Below are positions 1-12,232 of a DNA stretch of 64,000 nucleotides, piece by piece. This DNA comes from Scenedesmus sp. PABB004 (Eukaryota), in contig JABVCE010000043.1 of NCBI GenBank assembly GCA_014905635.1, positions 62,001-126,000 on the forward strand, given 5' to 3'. Below the pieces are notes generated by a model. The model was given only the letters and a program-made list of their open reading frames with translations, was not told the origin of the DNA and ran no database searches. The position numbers and the translations under genes are program-made. Each line of letters opens with the position of its first letter. Position 1 is the first letter of the stretch.

Positions 1-55
1 GTCCACCCACACACGCGCCAGCCCTCGCGCGCGCCAGCAGCGGCGCTCGGCCGGA

Positions 56-1842
56 ATGGCGAGCCTGGCCAACGCGGCCCTGCCGTCGTCCGACGAGGAG
101 GACGACGACTACGACCCCGGCAAGGACCCCACCGGCGAGCGCGAGCCGGGCGGCACCCGGCGCGGCGGCGGCGACGGCGCGGCGGCAGCAGCGGGCGGCG
201 CCGACGGCGCAGGCGCCGGCGCGCCGCCGCGCGCCGCGTCGCCGGGGCCTGCCGGTGAGGCGGAGCTGACGCCGGCGGCGGCGGCCAGGAAGGCGCGCGC
301 GGCGGCGCTGTTTGACGCGCTGCACGCGCGCGCGACGGGCTCGGCCAACAAGCTCAGCCGCTCCACCATCAGCCTCGCCAGCCTCTGCACCAACGCCGAC
401 CCCAAGCGCAAGCGCGACACCGACGTGGTGCGCCGGCGCCGGGGGCGCCGCGGGGCGCGGGCGGGGCGCGGGCGGGGCGATGGTGGGGCGCGGGGGCGCT
501 CGGCCGCGACAGCCGCCGGCGCTGCAACGCTGCCGACGGCCCGCGCCCGGCCGCCCGTCCCCGCCTGCCCACCCTGTTCGCGCGCGGCAGCTGTGGATGC
601 GCAACCTGGGCATCACGCCCGGCGGCGCGCGGGCGAAGCAGCAGCGGCGCGGCGACGCGCCGCCGGCGGTGGCTGCGGGCGGCGACGCGGGGCAGCAGCA
701 GGCGCAGCAGGCGCAGCAGGGGCAGCGGGACGAGCAGGCGCAGGAGCAGGGCCAGCAGCAGGACCAGCAGGACCAGCAGGACCAGCAGGAGCAGCAGCAG
801 GAGCAGCAGCAGGGCCAGCCGGGCGCGGCGCGCGCGCCCGCGCCTGGCGGGCTGCGCGCCGCGGCGGCCGCCGCGCTCGCTGCGGCCAAGGAGGCCGCGG
901 CGGGGGGCGTGGGGTCGAGCTACAGGCAGGTGACCATCAAGGAGACGCGGCGCTTCGCGGGACAGGACATAGAGGTGCGTGCCGCCGCGGCCACCCGCCC
1001 GGGGGTGCAGGCGGAGAAGGGGCACAGCGCCGCGCGCGCCGCCGCCCGCCGGCCGGGGCGCCGACCGGTGGCCGCGCCGCCGCCGCCGCCGCCGCCGCCG
1101 CGGCAGGTGGAGGTGAAGGTCGACCGCGACTCGCGCGAGGCGCAGCGCGCGGCGGCGCGGCGCGCGGCGTCGTCGCGCGGGCTGGACGCGTTCCTGCAAG
1201 GCATTGAGGCCAAGAAGAAGGCGCGTGTGGCACGCAGGGGGCGGGGCAGGGGCGGGGGCAGGGGCGGGGGCAGGGGCGGGGGCAGGGGCGGGGGCAGGGG
1301 CGGGGGCCCGCGCGGCCACGGGGGTGGCGAGCGAGAGGGGGGAGGGGGTGGCTTGGCCGCGCCCGCGGCCGCGCGCCGCGCCCAGCGCGCGCACGGCCGC
1401 CGCCGCCGCCCTGCCCCCCCCCCCCCCCCCCCGCACCCCATCAACCGCAGGTGACGGTGCTGGACAAGTCCAAGATGGACTGGGCGGGCTTCAAGGCGTC
1501 CGACAAGGGCGTGCAGGAGGAGCTCGAGGCGCACCGCCGCAGCGACAAGCAGTACCTCGACAAGCAGGCGCGGAGCACGCACGCACAGCACGCACAGCAC
1601 AGCACGGGGGCAGCGCGCGGCGGGGCAGCGCGGGGCAGCGCGGGCACACGCGTGCTGTGCCGCGCGGCGGGGCGTGCGGGGCAAAGACGCCGGCGCGGCG
1701 GGTGCCTCGGCCGCGGCCAACGTGCGCGCCCCCGCGTGCGCGCCGCGCGCAGGACTTTCTCAAGCGCGCCGAGCTGGCCGAGTACGAGGCGGAGCGCGAC
1801 AAGCGCCTCGCCTCGGACGTCCGCCTGCGCGGCCGGCTGTGA
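56..1842 (+). CDS. SWC5: BCNT/CFDP1 (SWR1 complex subunit Swc5-like) protein, multi-exon
   Basis: Acidic N-terminus (SSDEEDDDYDP). Spliced C-terminus KKK|VTVLDKSKMDWAGFK..EELEAHRRSDKQYLDKQ|DFLKRAELAEYEAERDKRL matches the BCNT C-terminal domain. ATG 56, TGA 1840-1842. Confidence 0.88.
1236..1306 (+). repeat. Intronic 12-bp G-rich tandem repeat (GGGGCAGGGGCG)n
   Basis: About 5-6 copies directly visible inside the SWC5 intron 1221-1450. Confidence 0.85.
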
Positions 1843-2410
1843 GCGGCGCGCCCGGCGGCGGCGGCGGGAGGGCGACGGCGCCGGCTCGAGCTGCTGCTGC
1901 GCGGGCCGGGCTGCGGGCGAGGGCGGCGGCGGCGAGCGGCGGCGGCAGGGTCGGTCGGCAGCGCGGCGCGGCGAACCAAGTGTGACGCCGAGTGTGCCCC
2001 CTGGCGTCACGGCGGCAGCTCGGGATGCCGCGATCGCTTTCCCAAGATCGCCTGGGGACTGGGGGCCCGCGGGCGGCGCGGCGGCGAGCCGTGGCAGGTC
2101 GCGGCAGCTGGCGCTGGCTGCCGGCGCCGTGCGCGCCGCGGCTCCCTCTCTACCCCCAGCCGCGCGCGCACCACGGAGCTCTCTCGCACCACGTCGGGAC
2201 TGCACGCGCACGCAGCAAGCCACACGCGCACAGCAAGTCACGCGAAGTGAACAAGGCGCGCGGCTGCGCGGGAGCCGGGCTCGCCGCGCCCGCGAGGCCG
2301 CATCGCTCGAGCTGGCGAGTCGAGGAGCAGCTAAAGCTGGCTATCAATGTAAAAATCGGCGCGCCGCGTCCGTTCCCGCCCGCACGCCCGCAGGCGAGCT
2401 GGGCGCGACC

Positions 2411-3071
2411 ATGAAGAGCTCCCGCCTCCTCGCCCTCGCCCTCCTGGCCCTCGCTGCAGTCGCAGGTGCGTGCCTGAGCGGCAGCCAGGGGCACGGCAGG
2501 CGCGCGGCGCTCGCCGGCTGACCCCCCGCGCCCGCCCGCCGCCGCAGCGAGCGCCGCCGCTGGCGTGCCGCGGCGCCTGCTCGGTGTGCGCCCGCGCAGC
2601 CAACGCGCTGCCGCCGCTGCTCCTGCTGCGCCTGCTGCGCCTGCCCACCAACAGCGCTGGCCCGCCCCGCCGCCGCCCGTCCGCGCCCAGACGAGGCGGC
2701 GCCGGCGGTCGCGGCGGCCGCGGCCACGGCGGCCGAGCCGACGGCGGCGACGCCCGCCAGCTCCGGCCCCGACTCCTGGCAGCACTGGGGCGGCGGCAGC
2801 AGCTGGCGCGACTGGGCGTCGGACGGCTGGAACCGCGGCGGCTGGCGCGGCGGCGGCTGGGCCGGCGGCAGGTGAGGCAGTGCGCACGGCGCGGAGGGCG
2901 CGCGCTCGCCCTGCTGGCCCACAGCGGGCGCCGCGGGCGGCCGGCGCTCAGGCGCCCCGCGCCGGCGGCGCTCGGCGCAGGTGGGAGGACTGGGGCTGGC
3001 AGCAGGCGGCCGCGCAGACCGCGTCCGTCGCGCCGGCAGCCGCCCCGGAGGCGGCGGCGGGGGCTCCCTAG
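2411..3071 (+). CDS. Small secreted Trp/Gly-rich hypothetical protein
   Basis: Signal peptide MKSSRLLALALLALAAVA, donor at 2466. Exon 2690-2871 (..DSWQHWGGGSSWRDWASDGWNRGGWRGGGWAGGR) and exon 2981-3071 (WEDWGWQQ..AGAP*). TGTAA at 3274. Confidence 0.7.
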
Positions 3072-3868
3072 TGATTTGTGGTGTGTACTATGCCTGCGGC
3101 CGCTGTTTTTTGTGTTGCCAGTCAGCAGGTCGGTATTAGCTCAGCGCGCCGCCGCCGAGGAACGGACGTGAATTCAGTGAGTTCAGCGAGTGATCAGCCC
3201 GGCCCGACGCCGGGGCGTGGTGGTGCATTGGCCTCGTCGAGCAGTGTGCATTGATCAGGACGCAGCGCATTGTTGTAATAGTGTTCGCGTTACACGGCCT
3301 GCCAGCGGCCGGACAAACGCTAGCGCTGATCCCTTGCAAGCAAGGGGCGCCACCAACGGTGGGTTCCCCTCAGGGGCACCGTGTGTTCAAGGTTTGTGCA
3401 GCGCAGCGGTCAGCGCAGCGGTCCTGCACGTACTGGCTCCCCACGACGGCGGCAGCAGCGCTCGTCGGGGCCTGCGCGGCGGCGCGGGGCGCGGGGCAGG
3501 GCGGTGGGGATGGCGCCGCGCGGCGTCGTCGCGGCGCGGGCGCTTGGCGGGCTGCGCGCTCCCGCTCCCCGTGCCGCACCCAGCCTCGACCATGCCCCGG
3601 GCGCGGCTGCGGCGCGGCGCGTTGCCGGCCGCCCCCGCGCGGGCGTGGCGCCAAGTCCTGCAGTCAACCCTCAGTGCGTGGAGGCGCTGGTCTGCCCCGC
3701 TGCGGTCGACAAGTGCGTCGAGGTGGTGGTGGCGCAGCGCAGCATCGCGGAGCTCTTTGACGCTGTGCGCCCGTGAGCTCAAGCCCGCGGCTCGCGGCGC
3801 GTGAGGCCGGTGATGGGGCGGGGCGGTCAGCGGCAACGACCGAGCGCGGGGGGGACGAGGGCTGTGTG

Positions 3869-3963
3869 CGCAAATGTTACGCAAAGCGTGCGAGCGAGGG
3901 GCGCCCGTAACGGCAGCAGTGGTGTTACGCAAATGTTACGCAAAGCGTGCGAGCGAGGGGCGC
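3869..3963 (+). repeat. 36-bp direct repeat with three TGTTACGCAAA motifs upstream of importin-11
   Basis: CGCAAATGTTACGCAAAGCGTGCGAGCGAGGGGCGC at 3869-3904 and 3928-3963. TGTTACGCAAA at 3875, 3923 and 3934. Confidence 0.85.
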
Positions 3964-4166
3964 GCTCCGCCTTGAGCCCCGACGCCACACCGCCGCCGGC
4001 CCGCCCCGCTGCGCGCCGATCCCTCTGCGCCCCGCCCGGAGGTCTCGGCAGACCGCATCCACGCGCACTCGGCACGCCTGCGCGGCTCCACGGGCGCGCC
4101 GGGCCCAGCCGCGCGCCCGAGCAGCACGCGAACGCGCGCCGCGCCGGCGCGGGCCCGCGGGCGGCC

Positions 4167-7100
4167 ATGGCGAGCGCGGAGCTGCCGCCCCTGAGCGAGG
4201 CGGACCTGCCGCAGCTGCTGCAGCTCCTGCGCGGCGCGCTCTCGCCCGACGCGCCGACGCAGAAGCAGGCGGAGGCGCTGCTGGCGTCGCTGGAGACGCG
4301 GATCGGCTACTGCTCCTGCCTGGCGGTGCGGCGGGGGCGGCAGCGCGCCCGCCGCGGGCGCGCCGGCGCCGGCGGGCCGCCGAGCAGCAGCGCCGCGCCC
4401 GCTGCTGCGCAGGCGGTCGTGGCGAGCGCGCAGGCCGACCACAGCGCGCGCTGGCTGGCGGCGGTGCAGCTGAAGAACAACGTCAACAAGTTCTGGCGGC
4501 CGCGCTACAACAGCGGGTGCGCCGGCCGGCGCGGCGGGCGGGCGCGGCGGCCGCGCTGCATGCGGCGGCGCCGCGCGCCCGATGGCCGCCACCGCCGTGC
4601 CGCCGCGTGCCGCGCCGCGCAGGGGGCTGTCTGCCGAGGAGAAGGCCTACCTGCGGGGCGCGCTGCTGCAGCTCATCCCGCAGGAGGACAACCAGGTGCA
4701 GGGCCGCAGGGAGGCGGGGCGACGCGCGGCGCGGCGCGTGCGCCCGCGACGGCGCCCCGCCGCGCCGCCGCGAGCGCGCACACGCCCGCGGCCGGTGTCG
4801 CGCCGCCGCCGCGCAGATCGCGCTGCAGGTCGCGCTGCTGGTGGCCAAGGCTGCGCGCTTTGACTTCCCGCAGCACTGGCCCTCCCTCTTCAGCGACCTG
4901 CTCTCCGGCATCGCCGGCGACGCGCAGCAGCAGGCGGCTGGCGGTGCCGCCGGCGCCGGCGGCGCGCCGCCGCCGCTGCTCGTGCGGCGCACGTACGCGG
5001 TGCTGCACCACGTGCTCAAGGAGCTCGCCAGCAAGCGCCTAGCGGCCGACCAGGCTGCGTTTGCGCAGGTCGCGGCGCTGCTGTTTGACCACGTCTGGGG
5101 CAGCTGGGGCGCGCTGCTGCGTGACATCCTGTCGGCGCTGCCGGCCGCGCTCGCGGCGCCGGGCGGCGCGCCGCCGGCGCTGCTGCTCGCGTTTGAGCGC
5201 TGGATGCTGCTGCTCAAGGTGCTGCGCCGCCTGCTGCTGCACGGGTTCCCCTCGGACGCCAAGACCCTGACGCCGGTGCCGGCGGTGGGCCTGGTCGCGC
5301 CGCAGCTGCTCGCGGCGGCGGCGGCGCTGCAGGACGCGCAGCGCGGCGGCAGCGGCGGCGGCGGCAGCGGCGGGCCGGGCGTGGGGCGCAGCCAGCTGGG
5401 CGCCATGGTTGAGCGGGGGCGGTTAAAGCTGATCAAGACGCTCAGCCAGGTGCAGCAGGAGCACCCGTGGTGAGGCCGGCGCGCCGGCGCGCGCCGCGCC
5501 GCGGACGCCGCCCCTGCGCGTCCCCCGCCCACGCGCGCGCGCGCGCGGGCCGCAGGTCGTTCGTGCACGCGGGCGTGCTGCTGCCCACGCTGGACGCGTG
5601 CTTTGCGCAGCTCGCGGCGGACGCCGGCGGCGCGCCGTTTGCGCCCGCGCGCGAGGCGCTGCTGCGCGCGTGCGCGGCGTGCATCCAGGCGGTGATGCAG
5701 TGCGACGCGTACGGGGGCCGTGCCGGCGGCGGCGGCGCGGAGCGGGTGCGCTGCGCGGCGGCCGCGCCGGCCTGCGCACGGGGGAGGCGGGGGCATGGTT
5801 GGGGGCAGCGCGGGGGCGCGTCCGTCGCCGGCGCGCCGGCCCACACCGGCGCCGCGGCGCGCGCCCCGCAGGCCGCCGCGGTCAAACAGCTGTCGGGCGA
5901 GGTGGTGTCGCAGCTGTCGGCCTGGTGGGACGCGCCGGCGGCGCTGCCCGAGCTGCCCGCGGTCGCGCCGCTGCTCGCGGCGGCGGGCGGCGCCGCGCCG
6001 GGGCGGCGGTGCGGCGTGCTGCTGCTGGTCCTTGTGGGCGGCTACTTCCTGCTGACGTCCCGCGACCTGGAGGACTGGGCGGACGACGGCGAGGCGTGGG
6101 CGCACGGGCACGCCGACACCGCGGCCGGCGGCGAGTGCCTTGCGTCCGTCGCGCAGGGCCTCGCGCTCAGCCTGCTGCTCGCACACAAGGCGTCGCTGCT
6201 GCCGGTCCTCGTGAGCCTGCTCGACGGCGGGAGCCGCGTCGTGCCGCCCGGGTGGGGCGTCGGGCCGCCGCCCGGCCCGGGCGGCTGGCCCGCGCTGCCG
6301 GGCCCCGCGCTGCCCGGCCCGGGGGGGCTGACCTACCCCGCCGTGCTGCTGGCCAAGGCCGCGGTGTGGGAGGCGGCCGGCCTCGCCGCCTACGACCTGC
6401 ACGGCTCCCTCGACTACGCCGCCTGGCTGCGCGGCGCGCTGCTGCCAGAGATGGCTGCCGCCGCGGGCGGCGGCGGCGGCGGCGGCGCCGGGCCCGCGCC
6501 GGCGGCCGGCAGCGGCGGCGGCCGCGCGGCGCCGCGCCCGCTGCCCGTGCTTGCGCGCGGCGCGGCGCAGCTGGTGTCGCGCTGGGTGGCCGACCTGCGG
6601 CCGGGCGACCGGCCGGACACGTACGCGGCGCTCACGGGGCTGCTGGTGCAGCCCGGCGCGGCCGCGGCGGGGCGGCCGCCCGACGTCGTGCTGCAGCTCG
6701 CCGCCGTGGGCGCGCTGCGCACGCTGGTGGACGACTTTGGCTTTGAGGGCCCCGCGTTTGCGCCCGCGCTGCCGGGCGTGGTCGCGGGCTGCGCGGCGAT
6801 GCTGCGCGCGAGCGCCGAGCTCGACACCCAGAACCAGGCGCGGCGCCGCGCCGCCGGGGGGCCGGGGGCCAGGGGCGGCCGCGCGCCTGCCTGCCGCCGC
6901 GGTGCCGCCGAGCGCGCCCCGCGCCGCGCCCGCGCCTGCGTGTCGCGTGGCTGCAGGTGTTTGGCCTCCTGAACCTGGTCATCGAGCGGCTGGGCCCCGC
7001 CGACATCACGCCCCACGCCGGGACGATCATGGAGCTGCTGCCGCCCACGTGGCAGGCGGGCGAGGGGCAGAGCCTGCTGCGCATCCAGGCGCGCCCGCGG

Positions 7101-8905
7101 CGGCGCGGCGGCGCGGCGGCGCGGCAGCGCCCCAGCGCCCCGGCGCGCGCTGCGCGCGGCACGCGCGTGGCGCACGCCCTGCGCACACGGGGCCCCGGCC
7201 CGCGCGCCTGCGCGCGCGTGCGCGCGCGCGCAGGTGCTGTGCTGCCTGTCGCTGCTGGTCAACGTGCTCGGCGCCGACAGCCCCGCCACGTACCCGCTGC
7301 TGCTCCCGCTCCTGCGCGGCGCGCTCGACCCGGGCAGCGGCCAGCCGGAGCTGCTGGAGGACGCGCTGGTGCTGTGGCTGGTCGCGCTGCGCAACGCGCC
7401 GGGGCGCCTCGGCGGCGACGCCGGCGGCAGCGGCGCGGTCGCGCCGCTGCTGGAGCTCGCGCCCGCGCTCACCGCCTGCCTCACCAGCTCCACGGGTGCG
7501 GCGGCGCGCGGCGCGGCGCGGCTTGGCGCGGCGCCGCCGCGGCCGCGCCGGCGCTCATGGGCCGCGCCGGCCCTCACGCCGCGCCCGCGCCGCGCCGCAT
7601 GCCGGCAGAGCACATCGGGGTTGGCATGCAGCTGCTGTCCGGCCTGCTGCTCGCGGGCGGCGGCGCCTTCCTGTCGGCGCACGGGCCGGCCCTGCTGGCC
7701 GCGGTCGGCAGCTACGTCGGGGAGGTCGTCGAGCGCGGCCTGCTGCTGCTGCTGCCGCCGCTCGACCTCCTGCTCGTCGCGGCGCCGCGCGAGGCGGCGC
7801 AGCTGCTGCAGCCGCTGCTCGTGGTGCGCGCGCAGCGCCGGGCAGCACCCGCACCGGCAGCGCCGCGCCCGCACACACCGCCCTCTTCGCACGCGCGCGG
7901 CCCCCTGAGCGCGCAGCCCGCCGCCCGCCCGCCGCGCCGCGCCCGCCCGCCCGCCCGCCGCCGCGCGCCGCAGCGCCTGCTCGGCCTGCTGCTGTCGGGG
8001 CGCGAGTCGGGGCTGCTGGTGGCCAATGCTGTCGCGCTGTACGGCCGGCTGCTGCTGCAGCACCAGCCAGGCTTTGAGGAGCTGCTGGGCGCCGCGGCGG
8101 CGGCGGGCGTGGCGCCGCGGGGCTGCGACGCGGGCGGCGGGCCCGAGGCGCTGCTGCTGGCGCTGGTGGGGGTGTGGACGGATGCGTTTGACTCCATCGC
8201 CCAGCCCCTCGCGCGCAAGCTGGCGGGCTGCGCCTTTGCGGCGCTGCTGGGCCTGCCGGTCAAGGTGCGGCAGGGTTTTTTTTGGGAGGGGGGGGGGGGC
8301 AGCTCCCCACAGCTCCCCGCGCCCGCCCCCCGCCCACCCCCACCCCTCCGCCGCCGCGCCCGCCGGCCGCGCGCGCAGGCGCTGCTGGGGCAGCTGCCGG
8401 TGCTGCTGAGCCACGTGGCCAGCGCGTGGCTGGAGCTCGAGGCGAGCGGCGCGGACGACCCCGGCAGCGAGCGCGGGGCGCTGCTGTACGGCGGCAGCCT
8501 CTGGAGCGGCGGCGCCAGCGCCTGGGAGGAGGGCCTGGACGAGGCGGGGCTGCTCGTGGGCCAGAGCCTCGCGGCCAGCGAGGAGGCGGCGGGCGAGGCG
8601 GGGCGGCGCGCCGCGGTGCGCGCAGCACGGCGCGCACGCTGCGTCGGCGCCGCACGGGGCCGCAGCACGGTGCCCTCCCCCCCCATCTGGCTTCTGACCC
8701 CCGCCGCCCGCGCCCGCGCGCCCCGCAGCTGCGCGAGGCGGAGCCGCTGCGGCGCACGCGGCTGAGCGCGCTGCTCGCCGACAAGCTCGCCGCAGCGGAG
8801 CGCGTGCACGGCGCAGAGCTGCACGCGGCCATGGCGGCGCTGGACCCCGCCATCGCGCAGCAGGTGCAGGCGGTGCTCGCGGCGGCGGGCGCGGGGCGTT
8901 CCTGA
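4167..8905 (+). CDS. IPO11: Importin-beta family protein, importin-11 (KA120/IPO11)-like, multi-exon
   Basis: IBN_N-like start (QKQAEALLASLE..ARWLAAVQLKNNVNKFWR), plus IALQVALLVAKAARFDFPQHWPSLF, VLHHVLKELASKRLAADQ, YFLLTSRDLEDW, QSLLRIQ and ELLEDALVLW, all typical of importin-11. TGA 8903-8905. Confidence 0.87.
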
Positions 8906-9324
8906 CGGCTGCGCTTCTGGCTGGCGCCGCGACGGCGCCAGCTGCCGCCAGCTGCGGCGGCGGGCGCCCTCGTCACGAGACACCGCACCGTCGGCAACGA
9001 CGACGGCGCCCGCTGCGGAGCTTCCCTGCTTCTCGGGCCCGCCAGCCGCGCTCGCCCAGCTCCCGGCTTGTTCAGCTCCGCGGCAGCCCCGCGTCCCGCG
9101 GGTCGATCTCTGGCGCCACATTGAGCGCCGTCAGAGCTGTGTGCGCCGGAAGCGACACCTCACGCGCACGCACGCACTCGAGCGCAGCTGCCGCAGCTCG
9201 CCGCCCCGCGCGCGGGCCCCACCAGCTCCGCGAGCTCGACAGGAGAGGTCACAAGCGGTCTGCGGAGCTCCCAGTCGTTCGTGCGGCAGCTGCCAGCCCC
9301 CGGGCGCGCGAGCGCGCAGCCAGG

Positions 9325-10975
9325 ATGGCCGCGAGGCGGTGGCAGCTCCTGGCGTGCCTGCTGCTCGCCGCGGCGGCCTCCGCGCGGGCCCAAGGTGAGA
9401 CCGGAGGAGCTGCACCCGATGCGCCGCGGCACAGCAGCTGCGCCTGACGGCCTGACCCGCCGCCGCCGCGCGACGCCGCCGCCGCTCCGCGCGCCGCGCC
9501 CGCAGGCGACTGCCTGTGCACGCGCATCTGGAACCCCGTCTGCGGCGAGGACGGCGTGACCTACACCAACGAGTGCCAAGCGACGTGCGCGGGGTCGCTG
9601 GTCGCCGCGGACGGGGAGTGCACGCGGCCGCCCAAGGTCGGCGGCGTCGACACCGAGCCCGCGGCCGAGCCCAGCGCCGCGGCGCTGCCCGGCGCGCTGC
9701 CCGGCGGCGCTGGCGCTGGCGGCGACTGCGCGTGCGCGGCGGTGTGGGACCCCGTGTGCGGCGCCAACGGGCGGACCTTCCCCAGCGCCTGCGAGGCCCG
9801 CTGCGCGGGCGTGTCTGTGGCGAGCAAGGCGCCGTGCGCCAGCATCGGCATCGCAGCCCTGCCCGCCGCGCCGGCGGTGGTGCAGGAGGCCGCGCCACCC
9901 AACAAGCAGGCGGCGGCCGCGCCGGCCGCAGCGGAGGCGGAGCCCGCGCCGGCGGCGCCCGCAGCGCCAGCAGAGGTGGTGCCCGCGCCGGCCGACGAGC
10001 TGCCGGCGCCGGCGCTGGCGGCAGCAGAGGCAGAGGCGGAGCCTGCGCCGGCGGAGGAGCTGCCCGCGCCGGCGGCACCGGCGGCGGAGGAGCTGCCCGC
10101 GCCTGCGCCGGCGGTGGCCGAGCCGGCCACCAAGCTGCCCGGTTCGCCTCCGGCGGCCGGCGGCTGCGTGTGCCCCATGGTCTGGGCGCCAGTGTGCACG
10201 GAGCGCGGCGTCACGCGCAGCAACGCGTGCGTCGCAAAGTGTCAGGACGAGGCGGTGGCGTACTCGGGCGAGTGCGAGCCGGCCAGCAAGGCCGCGCCCG
10301 CGGTGGCCGACGAGTCGGCGGCCAAGCCCGCAGCCGCCGCGCCCACGCCCGCGCCCACGCCCGCGCCCACGCCTGCGCCGGCGCCCGCCGCCGCGGCCAC
10401 GCCCGCCGCCGCCACCGCGGCGGCGCCGGCCGCCGCCGCGACTGCGGCCGCGCCCGCGCCGGCTGCCGTGGAGGACGCGCCGCCGGCGGCGCCTGCCAAG
10501 GCAGCTGCCAGCAGCGCCACCGCCGCCAAGCCTGCAGCGGCCGCGGCGGCGCCCAAGCCCGAGGCACCGAGCGTGCTGGCGCCGCTGGGTGAGTGCTGGC
10601 GCCAGCAGCTGAGCCCCGCGCCCGCCACTGGCTGGCAGCCGCGCCGCGCCGCGCCGCGCCGCACAGCAAAGCGCTGCGACGCGACGCCGCCCGCGCCGCC
10701 TGCCGCCGCCCGCCCGCCCTCGCCCCGCAGGCGCATGCGCGGCGGAGTGCAAGGGCGCGGCCGCGCAGCCGGTGTGCGGCGCCGACGGCGTGACCTACGC
10801 CAACGCCTGCACCGCGCTGTGCAACCGGACCACGGTCGCCTTCAGCGGCCTCTGCAGCAGCAGCACCGCGGCCGCGCCCCCGGCCGGTGCCCGGAGCGGC
10901 GCCGGCGGCGCGCTGCGCAGCGGCGGCGGCGCGCTCGCCGCCGCCCTGCTGCTGGTGGCCGCGCTCGCGCTGTGA
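9325..10975 (+). CDS. Secreted/GPI-anchored protein with four Kazal-type protease-inhibitor domains
   Basis: Signal peptide MAARRWQLLACLLLAAAASARAQ. Four C-x-C..PVC(G)..G.T..(N/S).C...C motifs separated by Pro/Ala/Glu linkers. C-terminal hydrophobic tail ALAAALLLVAALAL*. Confidence 0.88.
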
Positions 10976-11325
10976 CGGCGCGCTGCAGGAGCGGTGCGGC
11001 GGGCAGGGAGCAGCATGGGCGAGCGGGTCATTGATCCGGGGCGGGTGTGCAGCTGCTGCCGCCGCCACCCGGGTGGCGCAGCCGCCACGCCGGCGGCGCC
11101 CGCGCTGCGGAGCGCGGCTGCGGGGTCGTGTGGATCGCAGTCGTCAGCCCTGGCGGCCCTGCGTCAAGGGCCGGGCGCCCTGAGCAAGGGCTGCCAACTT
11201 GGTGTCAAACAGTCATAAGTCAGCTGAGGGGCCCAGGGAGGCGTGGGGCCGGCATGGGTGTCAGGGCTAGTGCGAGGCGGCGGGGGGGCCAAGCTGCACG
11301 GGCGCCACCGAGCTGGGGCTGCGTG

Positions 11326-11330
11326 TTACA
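11326..11330 (-). terminator. TGTAA polyadenylation signal for SDHAF4
   Basis: TTACA on + strand about 80 nt past the SDHAF4 stop. UGUAA is the known chlorophyte near-upstream element. Confidence 0.6.
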
Positions 11331-11410
11331 GCAGCAGCAGTCCGTGCGCGCGCGCGCTCGCACGCACACAGAGGGCGGAGCGGAGCGCGGAGCGAGATTG
11401 GCAAGGCGCC

Positions 11411-11836
11411 TCACGCAAAGTCGGTCGCGCGGCCCTTGACCTCCCAGTCGCCGTAGCGCGTGGGCTCCTTGCCGCGCGGCCCCGCCACCTCGCCCGTGTC
11501 GGGGTTCACCAGGTCGACCAGCTCGTCGTCCTCGCCGCCCGCGCCGTCCTGCGGCGCCGCCGCCGCGTCGGGCTGCGCCGCCGCCGCCGCCGCCAAGGCC
11601 TGCGCCGCCGCGCGCGCCGTCTGCAGCAGCTCCACGACCTCGGCCTCCGTCTTGGCCTGCAGGGACGCCGTGAAGGCGTCCGGCGCGCCCGGCTGCTGCT
11701 GCTGCGGCGGCGGGCTGCTGCTGCTGGCGCCGCTGCTGCTGCTCTGCCGCTGCTGCTGCTGCCACGCCGCCGGCTGCGCTCGAGCGACCGCCGCCGCCCG
11801 CGCCAGGGCGCAGCGCGCCGCGGCGGCGGGGAGCAT
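11411..11836 (-). CDS. SDHAF4: Succinate dehydrogenase assembly factor 4 (DUF1674/Sdh8), intronless
   Basis: C-terminal signature NPDTGEVAGPRGKEPTRYGDWEVKGRATDF. Arg/Ala-rich N-terminus resembles a mitochondrial presequence. Confidence 0.93.
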   Translation of the reverse strand: MLPAAAARCALARAAAVARAQPAAWQQQQRQSSSSGASSSSPPPQQQQPGAPDAFTASLQAKTEAEVVELLQTARAAAQALAAAAAAQPDAAAAPQDGAGGEDDELVDLVNPDTGEVAGPRGKEPTRYGDWEVKGRATDFA

Positions 11837-12232
11837 GGCGAGCGCTCGCCGCGTGTGGTGGGGCGCGCCGCGCGGGGGGTTGGCTCGCAACGCGCACGCG
11901 TGGGTGCTCAGGCCAGTGTGGGGCGCGGGTGGGGCGTGCTCGCTCAGCAGCGTCGCGCGGCGCAGCCTAACAAATGACGCCCGCCCGCTCGACGGCGCGC
12001 GACAGCTGCGGCGGCGCTGTCCCAAACGATCCAGATGCGATCCGGAGCCTGCCCCACTGACTCCTGTCGTCACCAGCACGCCGCAACCGCCCTAGTGGCG
12101 CGCCCGGCGCACCAACCGCCCTCCCAGGGCGGCGAAGCTTCGGCCAACAGCCACTGAGCTCTCAGCGGCGGCAGCAGCTCGGCCAACAGCTCAGTGGCGG
12201 CAGCAGCTCCGGCCCCCGCACCGCCGGCGCCG

